A stretch of DNA of 64,000 nt from Gemmatimonadota bacterium (GTDB taxonomy: Bacteria; Gemmatimonadota; Gemmatimonadetes; Palauibacterales; Palauibacteraceae), in NCBI GenBank assembly GCA_039588215.1, contig JBDHAD010000002.1, forward strand, positions 2,036-66,035. Direction: 5' to 3'. Within the stretch, counting starts at the first letter, position 1, and every line of letters begins with the position of its first letter. The notes beneath the pieces were generated by a model. It searched no databases. It worked only from the letters and a program-made list of their open reading frames with translations, and had not been told where the DNA came from. Of the stretch, positions 9,264-17,778 are shown piece after piece. The translations under genes and the position numbers were made by a program.

Positions 9264-10451
9264 ATGAGGGTCTTGAAAGCGTTTCGATACTCCGGTCGCC
9301 TGACCGCCCAGGCCGTCCTCGCGGGAATCGCAGGTACGCTCGTCGCGGTCGCTGCGCTCGCCCAGGAGAGCCGGAGCGGAGGGGAAGATCGAACCACTTC
9401 CGCTCCGATGGCGACCGAGGCAGCGGTCGCGGTCGACACCCCCGATGTGTCCGCGTACTACGATCCGGATCTGCTCGAGCGCATGTTGGAGCGGGCCGAA
9501 CAGCTCACGCCGGTTTCCAGCCTGATCATATCGCGTCGCGGCGAGGTGGTGGTGGAGAACTACTACCGCGGGATGCGCGCGAATCGGGCGGTGAACGTGA
9601 AGTCGGTCTCGAAGACGCTCCTCTCCCCGCTGGTGGGGATCGCGATCCGGGATGGGCTGCTGGAAGGCCCGGAACAAAGAATCGATGGCCTCCTGTCCGA
9701 GACGTTCGACCGGCTCGAGGCAAACGGACGTCTGGATCCCCGCAAGCGGGCCGTGACGTTGCATCACCTGCTCAGCATGACAACCGGCATCGAGGGTACC
9801 AGCTTCGGCAACTACGGGGCGTGGGTGTCCTCGCGGAATTGGACCTGGGACGCACTTCGCCGACCGATGGAATGCGACCCCGGACGCTGCTGGGAGTACT
9901 CGACGGGTAACACGCACCTGCTCTCGGTGATCCTGTCGAGGCAAGCCGGGAAGAGCCTGCGATCATACGCACGGGACGTCTTCTTCCGCCCGCTCGGCAT
10001 CCCGCTGTACGAGTGGGACCGGGACCCGCAGGGCTACTACCTCGGCGGCAACAACATGGCGATGCGACCGCGGGACCTGCTCAAGTTCGGTCAGCTCTTC
10101 CTGGATCGCGGGCGATTCGAGGGCGCGCAGCTGGTCCCGGAGGAGTGGATCGAGCTCTCGTGGCGCGCTAGGAACCGGTCGCCCTGGAACGGCCATCGGT
10201 ACGGTTATCTGTGGTGGACGGAGGATTGGGGTGGCGAGATGGCCCACTTCGCGTGGGGATACGGCGGACAATACCTGGTCGTAGTCCCACGGCTGGACCT
10301 CGTGGCGGTGGTCACCTCCTCACTCGCCCGCACTCAACGCGGGCACACCCGGAGGGTGCGGGACTTCTTCGACGATTACGTCGTCCCCGCCTTCGCGGCG
10401 CGCTCGGCGCGCTCCGCCTCACTCGGCTCGGAGCGCGGCGGAGGCCCGTAA
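9264..10451 (+). CDS. Serine hydrolase, beta-lactamase/transpeptidase-like family, secreted
   Basis: Signal peptide. S-x-x-K nucleophile motif SVSK. Y-x-N-like YSTGN. Overall class C beta-lactamase/DD-peptidase-like layout. Confidence 0.85.
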   Translation: MRVLKAFRYSGRLTAQAVLAGIAGTLVAVAALAQESRSGGEDRTTSAPMATEAAVAVDTPDVSAYYDPDLLERMLERAEQLTPVSSLIISRRGEVVVENYYRGMRANRAVNVKSVSKTLLSPLVGIAIRDGLLEGPEQRIDGLLSETFDRLEANGRLDPRKRAVTLHHLLSMTTGIEGTSFGNYGAWVSSRNWTWDALRRPMECDPGRCWEYSTGNTHLLSVILSRQAGKSLRSYARDVFFRPLGIPLYEWDRDPQGYYLGGNNMAMRPRDLLKFGQLFLDRGRFEGAQLVPEEWIELSWRARNRSPWNGHRYGYLWWTEDWGGEMAHFAWGYGGQYLVVVPRLDLVAVVTSSLARTQRGHTRRVRDFFDDYVVPAFAARSARSASLGSERGGGP

Positions 10452-10491
10452 CAACGGGCGCGGACACGGGACAGGCAGACACCGGCGGCAC

Positions 10492-11298
10492 TCACGTCTC
10501 GTCGCCGCCCCAGAATCCCACCACCCGCTGCAGGATGCCGTCGGCCGACACGAGGGCGTAATCGATCCCACGGTACATGACGTCGCCCTCGGTGCTCAGG
10601 ATCTTCCACGGGATCAGGACCTCGCTCCGGCAAATCCGGACTTCGCCATCCAGTTGCGCCGTAGCGTCGGGCACGAACTGCTGCGTGAGTGCAATGTGAT
10701 GCGAGAGCTTGTCCCGGCCTTCGAACGCCGCGTACTCGTCCTTGATCTCGATGTCCTCCGCGCAGCAGGCCTCCAGGAGCTCCATTCGCGCATCCGGATC
10801 GGTCTCGCTCCACGCGGTGAAGTACGTGGCGATGGTCGACCCGAGGGTGGCCGCCAGGTGGGAGCGGTTGGCGAATAGCTGAAGCCGGGAGAGGTGGAAG
10901 CGCCACCCGGCCATGTGCTGCTCGACTTCTTCGTCTGTGGGGAGCCCGGAATGGGTCAGCGTGACCCTGGTGCCCAGGCCTTCCGCCGCGAGGACCAGTT
11001 CCAGGCGAGTCGACCCGGGCGGGATCCAGTCCGCCTGGTACCCTTCGGAAATCCCCCACGTGAACGCGATCTTCTCGTCCTGCACGAGTTCGACCAGCTC
11101 GCCCTCGATCACCGTCGAGTACTGAGGGAACCGCACGAAGAACGGACTTCCAGCTGCGGGTTGAAAGCTGGCCTCTCCGTCGAGCCAGCTCGAGAACTGC
11201 TCCGGATCCGAGAGGATCGAGAACACCGTCTGCGGACGCGCCTCGATGAAGATCGAGGTCTCGACCGAGCCTCCCGTCTCCGTGTTCGCATCATTCAT
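10492..11298 (-). CDS. SRPBCC (AHSA1-like) domain fused to an NTF2/SnoaL-like domain
   Basis: ATG 11298 overlaps the arsR stop (ATGA). N-terminal half SIFIEARPQTVFSILSDPEQFSSW..IAFTWG.. is typical of Aha1/SRPBCC. The C-terminal ~125 aa (YFTAWSETDPDARMELLEACCAEDIE...) looks NTF2-like. Confidence 0.8.
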   Translation of the reverse strand: MNDANTETGGSVETSIFIEARPQTVFSILSDPEQFSSWLDGEASFQPAAGSPFFVRFPQYSTVIEGELVELVQDEKIAFTWGISEGYQADWIPPGSTRLELVLAAEGLGTRVTLTHSGLPTDEEVEQHMAGWRFHLSRLQLFANRSHLAATLGSTIATYFTAWSETDPDARMELLEACCAEDIEIKDEYAAFEGRDKLSHHIALTQQFVPDATAQLDGEVRICRSEVLIPWKILSTEGDVMYRGIDYALVSADGILQRVVGFWGGDET

Positions 11299-11603
11299 CC
11301 AAAGCTCCTCTCCTCGGTTTCGGCGAGCCGCTTCAGCTCCGCCAGCTTGTCCGTCCACATGCTTTCCAGGTAGATAGCGAGCGTGCCCATGGTGTGCTTG
11401 CGGGCCCGGTAATATCGGTTACGCCCCTCCACCCGGACATCGACGAGTCCGGCCTCACGCAGGCGCGCCAGGTGCTGGGACACCGCCGAGAAGCTGACCG
11501 GAACCTGAGCGGCGATGTCCCCGGCGCTCCGCTCACGATCCCAGATCAGTTGCAGGATCTCCTGGCGTCTCGGCTCGGACACGACCTTCAAGGGCTCTCG
11601 CAT
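11295..11603 (-). CDS. ArsR/SmtB-family transcriptional regulator
   Basis: 102 aa. Winged-HTH: RRQEILQLI..ERSAGDIAAQVPVSFSAVSQHLARLREAGLV..RVEGRNRYYR. Confidence 0.9.
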   Translation of the reverse strand: MREPLKVVSEPRRQEILQLIWDRERSAGDIAAQVPVSFSAVSQHLARLREAGLVDVRVEGRNRYYRARKHTMGTLAIYLESMWTDKLAELKRLAETEERSFG

Positions 11604-11689
11604 AACGTATATTTTAGTGTGCGCTTAAATATAAGGCAAGAAGAAACCTTGGGGAAAGGGAGGGCACACCTGTCTGGACGTACGGTGGG

Positions 11690-12346
11690 TTATGTCGAGG
11701 GTCGGCCGTCGAAGAGGCTGCCCTCCCACACGGGATGCGGCCAGTAGACGACCAAGGTCGGCAGCCCGAGGGGCTGGAGGCGGTAGCCACCGCGGACGAG
11801 GTCTCCGCCGTGCATGCGAATCGAGGTATAGCTCGCGGGTCCCTGGAGATCGTACGCGCGACCGAGCGTGCGGAGCTTCTTGGTGGCCGGGGGCATCGGG
11901 TAGCGGGCGTCGTAGGCCGGGGTGTACTCGTTCGAGCCCCCATACAAGAGGTCGCGGTAGTAGGCATAGGGGTCGTAATACCGGCCGCGCAGAGGGCGGG
12001 CGCGGCGTTGTGATCGATCCCGGTCGCCCGAGTCAGGCCCGAAGCGAGTCGCGCGAGCGTCTCCCGTGCGCTCGAGCCCGGTGCCGATGAGGCGCGCTAG
12101 CCCGCCACGGTCGGAGAAGCTGCGGAGCGATCCGGCGTGCTGGTTTCCGAGCTTCACCTTGCCTCCGCTGATGCGAATCGGGGCGGACCCCGCGTCCCTG
12201 CTCGACCGCCCCTGACCTGCCAACGGGCCCGCCACCAGGGCCGCGATCAGGACTGTGACCACGGCGCCGGGTCCTCGCGACGCGGCCAAGGTACCGGGCC
12301 AGCCGCGTGGCGAGGGACTTGGTGTGGCGTCGCTCTTCGGTGTCAC
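11690..12346 (-). CDS. Hypothetical protein (possibly secreted)
   Basis: 218-aa ORF with a hydrophobic segment VVTVLIAALVAGPLAG and a Tyr/Pro-rich C-terminal half. No recognisable family. Competing ORFs in this region look like GC artefacts. Confidence 0.45.
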   Translation of the reverse strand: MTPKSDATPSPSPRGWPGTLAASRGPGAVVTVLIAALVAGPLAGQGRSSRDAGSAPIRISGGKVKLGNQHAGSLRSFSDRGGLARLIGTGLERTGDARATRFGPDSGDRDRSQRRARPLRGRYYDPYAYYRDLLYGGSNEYTPAYDARYPMPPATKKLRTLGRAYDLQGPASYTSIRMHGGDLVRGGYRLQPLGLPTLVVYWPHPVWEGSLFDGRPST

Positions 12347-12527
12347 TGACGTAGTCCTCTGCTGTTCGGGTCTGGTCCTCCGCTTCTCGAATTCCGCCCT
12401 TCGCTGAGGTGGATTCCGCCCTCTCTGTCCTTCTCGCTCCTGGGTACCCGTTTGAGAGTCGGTTGAGCCGCCGCGTCATCCCTCGTGTCATTCTGATCCC
12501 CGGTAACCCGAGAGAGGGTTCGTGGCC

Positions 12528-12773
12528 ATGAGGTACCTCGTCGTAATCGAGAAGACCGAATCGGGATACTCCGCACGCTGTCCGGACTTCGATGGCTGTG
12601 TGGCCACCGCCCGTACCCGGCCAGACGTGGAAGAGCAGATCGGCCGCGTGCTCGAGTTCCACCTCTGTGGGTTGCGGCATCTCGCCGTCGATGTGCCCCT
12701 GCCTACAGCCTATGCCATATACATCGAGCTCGCGGCTCGCCGGGCCGGTGCTCGCGTAGTCCAGCAGTCCTAG
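12528..12773 (+). CDS. hicB: HicB-family (UPF0150) type II antitoxin-like protein
   Basis: MRYLVVIEKTESGYSARCPDFDGCVATARTRPDVEEQIGRVLEFHLCGL is a near-textbook HicB N-terminal domain. GAGAGGG precedes ATG 12528 (the ORF-track GTG is at 12522). Confidence 0.75.
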   Translation: MRYLVVIEKTESGYSARCPDFDGCVATARTRPDVEEQIGRVLEFHLCGLRHLAVDVPLPTAYAIYIELAARRAGARVVQQS

Positions 12774-12784
12774 GTCCTCGAGAG

Positions 12785-13075
12785 GCTTGCTTCGACTACG
12801 AGTCCGGGACCCGGGACAAGCTCCCGTCACTGGGGTCCGGCTACTACGCGAGCGGGTCGGACGACGAGATCACGCTCCGTGACAACCGCGATACGTACGG
12901 ACGTATCGCGCTGCAATATTGTGTATTACGTACCATCAGTGAACGTAATCTGTCAGCAACGATCCTTGGTCACGATGTCTCCATGCCGATCGTGGTCGTG
13001 CCCGCGGCATTCCATCGACCAGTCTGTGACGAGGGAGAACTGCCCACCGCGAAGGCGGTGGACAGAATGGGGCTT
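12785..13075 (+). pseudogene. 5' remnant of an FMN-dependent alpha-hydroxy-acid oxidase/dehydrogenase (glycolate oxidase / L-lactate dehydrogenase family)
   Basis: Frame-2 translation ..FDYESGTRDKLPSLGSGYYASGSDDEITLRDNRDTYGRIALQYCVLRTISERNLSATILGHDVSMPIVVVPAAFHRPVCDEGELPTAKAV.. matches the N-terminal ~95 aa of the family (YYASGA.DE.TL..N...F.RI...PR.L.DVS..D..T..LG...SMPI..AP.A......P.GE..TA.AA). Similarity is lost after ~13075. No start codon was seen, and about 270 aa of the barrel are missing. Confidence 0.7.
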
Positions 13076-13115
13076 GAATCGAGAGGGGGGTCTCCGCCGC
13101 GCGGCCGTGTGCCGG

Positions 13116-15104
13116 TTACTCGATTCCAATACGACTCGGGATCGGGTCGTCATCGCGCGACCACGCAGGGACCGGCGGCCCGTCGTGTACAAGGAACGAA
13201 GCCTGATCGACCTGACGATCCCGCGCCGCCTCCTGGCTCTGCTCCACGATCGGCGTGTCTCGAACAGCGAACAGATAGGGCGTTGCCAGCGTGAACGGCA
13301 CGATGAGGAGCGCACCGTACAGCATCGTGCCGGCAACGGCCGTCGCCAACGTCGGTCTTCGAGCCTCGAGATGCTCGAGAATGCCGTCGGCCATTCCGAT
13401 CCGAGCTGCCGCGGGGATCGTCTCGAACGGCGGCTCGCACAGCGTCTCGAACACGGCCTTCAGCTTCTCAGGTCGCCCGGCGCTTCTGGGCATCTGCGGC
13501 ACGATCCGCCGCACTGCCGCAGCCCAGCGCCACTTGGCCGGTAGAGCCGCCGCGAGGAGGAGGGCGATCACGCCAAGCACCGGATCCCCGAACCTCCAGG
13601 CTACCCAAGCGAATGCCAGCGCCCCGACCCCGAGGAAGATCGCCTGCGCGCGAGGGAAGCGACCCAAGATCAGGGTCTCGACCACACGGCCTCCGTCCAG
13701 TGGTACAAAGGGAAGCAGGTTCAGATAGTTGAGGACAAGAGCCACGATCCCGAATTCGAGCCACCAGGAAGCTCCGCCCTGGTAGAAGAAGATCAGGCAG
13801 ACGACGCCGAGTATCAGTCCGGGCACGGGACCCAGCAGGTAGACGACGGTGCGCTGCCAGGCGCTGGCTCCCGGGTTACGACCGACCGTGGCCGCGCCCA
13901 GGAACGGGAGGAAGAGGATCTGCCGGTCCTTGTATCCGAACGCGATCATCCCGACCAGGTGTCCGAGCTCGTGGATGAGCACGGCCGCGAAGATGAACCC
14001 CACCAATCTCCAGGACGCGTACCAACCGAGTGCGAGGGCAAAGAGGACGGTGCTCACGAGGAACATGAAGGCCTTCCTCGCGATGGGGCGGCGCAGGCGC
14101 TCCTTGGCTTCTCGCAGGTACTCGAACTCCCAGGCCATCGCGGCCGCCTGCGCCTCACGTTCCGGCTGAGGCCCACAACAGGGTGAGGCTGTCAGGTCGT
14201 CCAGTGAGTGATCCTCCGCGAGGTACGCAGCGTCTGCCTCCGCGGGCGCAGGCCAGCGAGCGGTGATGCGCTCCGCCGGTGCTCTCCCGGCCGTAACCGC
14301 GGCGGGTCCCACGACCGGCATGGCGCCGGATCGCTCGACCCTGTGAGCCGCCGCTGCTTCGATCCGCTCGGCCCGCTGGATCTTCGCAATCCGGTGATTC
14401 TCGGCCACCAACTCGCGCGCGAAGCTCCACGCCGCTGCCGAGGCGACTCGCCAGCTCACCGGGGCCCTGCCGTTCCGGCCAACCGCAGCGGGTGCGATCC
14501 AACACTCCTGCTCCCAGAACCCAAGGGTGGCCTCCAGCATCGCCTCCTCGCGGGCTGCGAACTCGGTGGGAGAGTAACTGACAGTCTGGTGTGTAGTGAG
14601 CCGTTCTCGGATGGCGCCCTCGTGATGCTCCCACTGCCGGTCGAGGTCGTTGAGCTTATGGTCGTAGCTCTCCCAATACGGCGGAAGCGAGAGCGCGAGA
14701 TGCTCCACGCCGTCGAAGGTCGCGACCACGGTGCCGTCTTCAAAGGCGGTCGAGAACCCTACCTGGAATGCACGCTCCCCGGTTCCGGGCAACGGTGGAC
14801 ACACGGTCGCGTACGTGCCGCTCCACGGATGGTGGAAGACCTGATAGGGGCGTCGGCCCTCGCTCTCCACGACGGACTCGGTCCATTGAGCGTGGCTGAA
14901 GACGAAGTCGAGCTCCTCGAGGTGCTGGGTGGCCAGCTCGAACAGCGGGTCGATCTCGTTGGGGAGGTCAGCCGATTCGCAGACCTCTACGCGTGCCGGT
15001 CGCAGCCGCAGACGGCGGATTTTGAGCCACACGCTTGAAAGGACCAACAGCTTCGTGCCCCCGCCCAGGGCCACAAAGATGAGCAGCACGATAAGCAGGT
15101 TCAT
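13116..15104 (-). CDS. Membrane protein with site-2-protease (M50) metalloprotease domain and a large uncharacterised N-terminal domain
   Basis: 662 aa. HExxH in VLIHELGHLVGM and the second M50 motif NLLPFVPLDGGRV. One N-terminal TM helix followed by ~330 aa with no recognisable motif. Extra TM helices lie C-terminal of the protease core. Confidence 0.8.
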   Translation of the reverse strand: MNLLIVLLIFVALGGGTKLLVLSSVWLKIRRLRLRPARVEVCESADLPNEIDPLFELATQHLEELDFVFSHAQWTESVVESEGRRPYQVFHHPWSGTYATVCPPLPGTGERAFQVGFSTAFEDGTVVATFDGVEHLALSLPPYWESYDHKLNDLDRQWEHHEGAIRERLTTHQTVSYSPTEFAAREEAMLEATLGFWEQECWIAPAAVGRNGRAPVSWRVASAAAWSFARELVAENHRIAKIQRAERIEAAAAHRVERSGAMPVVGPAAVTAGRAPAERITARWPAPAEADAAYLAEDHSLDDLTASPCCGPQPEREAQAAAMAWEFEYLREAKERLRRPIARKAFMFLVSTVLFALALGWYASWRLVGFIFAAVLIHELGHLVGMIAFGYKDRQILFLPFLGAATVGRNPGASAWQRTVVYLLGPVPGLILGVVCLIFFYQGGASWWLEFGIVALVLNYLNLLPFVPLDGGRVVETLILGRFPRAQAIFLGVGALAFAWVAWRFGDPVLGVIALLLAAALPAKWRWAAAVRRIVPQMPRSAGRPEKLKAVFETLCEPPFETIPAAARIGMADGILEHLEARRPTLATAVAGTMLYGALLIVPFTLATPYLFAVRDTPIVEQSQEAARDRQVDQASFLVHDGPPVPAWSRDDDPIPSRIGIE

Positions 15105-15318
15105 CCGAACTCCGCTTCTTCCTGTTCGTATGCATCACGTCGCGCCGGTGGGCCGGCCTCCCGCGGCCTCCAACCTCCCATCCCATCCGATCAGCGCGCG
15201 GGGGGGTCCTGCTGCAAGTTTCGGGTCCCTGGCACAACTCCACACGGGACATGGAGATGCGAGCGGACGCGCCTACGCGTGGGTCCCTCAGGTTGCCATG
15301 CAGGGGGCAGGATGCGGC

Positions 15319-17013
15319 TTAGGACAAGACCCGAAGTGTGCGAAGGCGGTTGAGGGCCTTCGCCAACTCCTGCGGGCGAGGCATGGCGAGCTCGGGGCTC
15401 GGCTCGATCGCGATCAACCCCTCGGTGCGGGCCTTGGAGACCGCTTCGCGGACCAGGTCGCGGACCGGCACTGCCGCGTCACACATGGACCCGAGCTCCG
15501 CGAGCATCGCGCCGATGGCCCGCGCCTGCCCGTGGTCGATGAGCTGCTCCACGGCGCCCAAGTCCAAATCCGTGCGGCCGAACTGGATGGTCTCAGCGCC
15601 GTGGGTTCTGATGGCCGTCTTTCCGTCCCGGCGGCGTGGGTCGAAGCTCTCCGGTCGTGGGACCCGGTGGGTGGGGCGCAGCGGGTGATCCGGCTCGCCG
15701 ATCCGCCGGCCCGTAGGGTGCTTCGCCGCCACTCGCCGAGCTGCCTCTGTAACCAGGTGAGCTCTGTATTCCTCCATGAGGAGCACAGTGTCGGCCACGT
15801 CGAGGTAGTCGCCCCCGCCACCGGTCACGAGGATCGTGCTCACGCCCAGTGCGAGCAGCTCGTGCACGCGGTCGATCAACGGGGTGATCGTCTCTCGCTC
15901 CACGAGGTCCTGCATGCGGGCATCCCGAACCATCAAGTTCGTGGCGCAGGTGTCCTCGTCCATCAACAGGAGCGAAGTGCCCGCTTCGAGCGCCTCCATG
16001 ATGTCGGCCGCGAGGCTCGTGCTGCCGGACGCGTCTGGAGTGGAGAAGCTCCCGGTGTCGCGGGCGAGGGGCAGGTCATGGATGAACGGCCGCAGATCGA
16101 CGCCCGACACGGCTCGGCCATCTTCGCTGCGCACCTTGACTGCGTCCGCGGCGGTCACGGTCCATTCGCGCCCGTCCCCGGGGATGTGCGGGAATACGCC
16201 GAACTGGAGCGCTTCGAGGAGCGTGGTCTTCCCATGGAAGCCCCCACCGGTCACGACCGTGACGCCGGCGGGGATCCCCATCCCATCGACCTCGCCGTGG
16301 TGCAGTGTGCTGAGGGTAACGCGGAGCTCGGGCGGGCCCTCGAACGGGAGCGCCCCGGCGAGTGGGTCGCTGCTGACGCCGCTTCTTCGCGGAAGGATGC
16401 CGCCGTCGCGGACGAACGCGACCAGACCGCGCTCGGCGAGGCTTCCTTGCAGGTGGTCGTGATCTTCCGTCGTTCGGATCCAGCTCCATGCGAGCTTCTG
16501 ATCCACGCGGTCCCAGCACACGCTCGCGAAGGCACGTGGGAGGTGCTGTGTGAGGAGCTCGGCGGCCGAGCGTCCGAGGCAGCGTCGTCCGGAGGCGGGC
16601 AGCCCCACGCGGAAGCGGAGCGTCAGCCCGTCGGCGTCTATAGAACAGCCGGCACGCTCTACGACGATGGGGCTGCCGACGCTGACGAGTATCAGCCCCG
16701 ACTTCCCCGAGCCTCCCACGTGCGGGAGAGTCTCGCACGAGCGCTTGAAGGTGCGCAGCAGGAAATCGCACAGGCCGATTCTCCGTGGGGTAGTCGACCA
16801 GGCATCGTCGGGGATGCCGTGTCGGTCGGGAACTAGGTGAAGCCGCAGTTTGGAGGGGATCGCAAACGGATCACCCTGCACGTGGTCGATGTGCAGCGTG
16901 AAGTCATCTGCCGGCCACACACCTTTGGCTCGCTTGTAGGCCCGATATCCCTGGCCGTCGACGCCGTTTAGAAGACGACTCAGCTCGTCGAGCGATCCGC
17001 GCTCGGTCACCAA
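15319..17013 (-). CDS. ABC-class ATPase domain protein (PF09818/COG3044-like, function unknown)
   Basis: 564 aa. N-terminus ..LNGVDGQGYRAYKRAKG..FTLHIDHVQGDPFA is typical of the family. Walker A-like GGGFHGKTTLLEAL. Walker B-like LLLMDEDTCATN. Overlaps the upstream DinB gene by 7 nt. Confidence 0.85.
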   Translation of the reverse strand: MVTERGSLDELSRLLNGVDGQGYRAYKRAKGVWPADDFTLHIDHVQGDPFAIPSKLRLHLVPDRHGIPDDAWSTTPRRIGLCDFLLRTFKRSCETLPHVGGSGKSGLILVSVGSPIVVERAGCSIDADGLTLRFRVGLPASGRRCLGRSAAELLTQHLPRAFASVCWDRVDQKLAWSWIRTTEDHDHLQGSLAERGLVAFVRDGGILPRRSGVSSDPLAGALPFEGPPELRVTLSTLHHGEVDGMGIPAGVTVVTGGGFHGKTTLLEALQFGVFPHIPGDGREWTVTAADAVKVRSEDGRAVSGVDLRPFIHDLPLARDTGSFSTPDASGSTSLAADIMEALEAGTSLLLMDEDTCATNLMVRDARMQDLVERETITPLIDRVHELLALGVSTILVTGGGGDYLDVADTVLLMEEYRAHLVTEAARRVAAKHPTGRRIGEPDHPLRPTHRVPRPESFDPRRRDGKTAIRTHGAETIQFGRTDLDLGAVEQLIDHGQARAIGAMLAELGSMCDAAVPVRDLVREAVSKARTEGLIAIEPSPELAMPRPQELAKALNRLRTLRVLS

Positions 17014-17579
17014 CCCATCCGGTTACGGAGTGACGTGATGTGAGCCACGTGGTGGGCCCCGTGCCATGCGTACAGTTGCAGGAGCACGTCGAGGTCCATC
17101 TCCCCCAACTCAGGGTGGTCGAGCCGGCGCCGATAGTCGTCGTGCGAGAGCGAGCGGAGCCACGGCACCCAGCGGGCATGCAGCGCATCGAGCAAGGCAA
17201 GTGACACGTCGACTGGGGCATGTCGGGCGTCGACCAACTCTCCCCAGGCGGCCTCGTCGTACGTGCGGATCGTCGGGACGTCCTCCGTCACGGTGAGCTT
17301 GAAGCGCATGTAGCTGTTCAGGTGGCTGTCCGGGATGTGGTGCGCCACCTGTCGGACCGTCCATCCTCCCGGACGATACACGGTGTCGAGTTGTGCCTCG
17401 TCGAGCCCGTCCACCGCGACTCGGAGTGCGGCGGGGGCCGCGGCGATCTCGTCCCACATCCCCTCACGGCCCTCGGCGGTGAGCGTCCTGAGTGGCGAGA
17501 ATCGCCCTATGGGGAATCGGAGGACTTCGAGCTCGTCCTCACTGTGGTTGGTCGCACCTTGATGGGTCGCATCCGTCAT
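17007..17579 (-). CDS. DinB/YfiT-family metal-dependent (thiol) transferase-like protein
   Basis: 190 aa. GGWTVRQVAHHIPDSHLNSYMRFK ... LYAWHGAHHVAHIT carries the His triad pattern of the YfiT/DinB_2 family. Confidence 0.85.
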   Translation of the reverse strand: MTDATHQGATNHSEDELEVLRFPIGRFSPLRTLTAEGREGMWDEIAAAPAALRVAVDGLDEAQLDTVYRPGGWTVRQVAHHIPDSHLNSYMRFKLTVTEDVPTIRTYDEAAWGELVDARHAPVDVSLALLDALHARWVPWLRSLSHDDYRRRLDHPELGEMDLDVLLQLYAWHGAHHVAHITSLRNRMGW

Positions 17580-17778
17580 GTGTCTTCACCATCCATCGCG
17601 GGTCGCTGTGGGGCCGGTCTCCGAACGGCTCATCTTCGAAAGGGGCCGATCGACCTGGGGATTACATTATCATGCACGGCCCATGGCGCGTCGAGTGATC
17701 GGTGTGCATCGTTCCCCCGCGAGTGCAGCGTTCCGGCGCTCGATCCGGTTCCCGTATTCCCGTCAAGGAGCACAGGTC

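Noticed and set aside
12350-12527. A decayed hicA upstream of hicB.
   Set aside because: The three-frame translations gave only weak, short resemblances (for example GLVLRFSNSALR) interrupted by stops. This is not enough to call even a pseudogene without a frameshift-aware HMM search.
12887-12910. Perfect 10-bp inverted repeat with a 4-nt loop (CGCGATACGT-acgg-ACGTATCGCG) inside the FMN_dh remnant.
   Set aside because: A single 10-bp perfect inverted repeat is roughly what chance gives in 64 kb when several loop sizes are allowed. It has no flanking U-tract and no partner repeat. The 11-mer GACGTATCGCG it shares with 57339-57349 is also within random expectation.
14929-16836. Very long alternate-strand or alternate-frame ORFs. 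Examples are 635 aa at 14929-16836(+), 542 aa at 36179-37807(+), 491 aa at 48860-50335(+), 437 aa at 46552-47865(-), and 348 aa at 836-1882(-).
   Set aside because: Each lies antisense to or out of frame with a gene that has clear family motifs. Their translations are Arg/Pro/Gly/Ala-rich low-complexity sequence, typical of stop-codon-poor frames in high-GC DNA.
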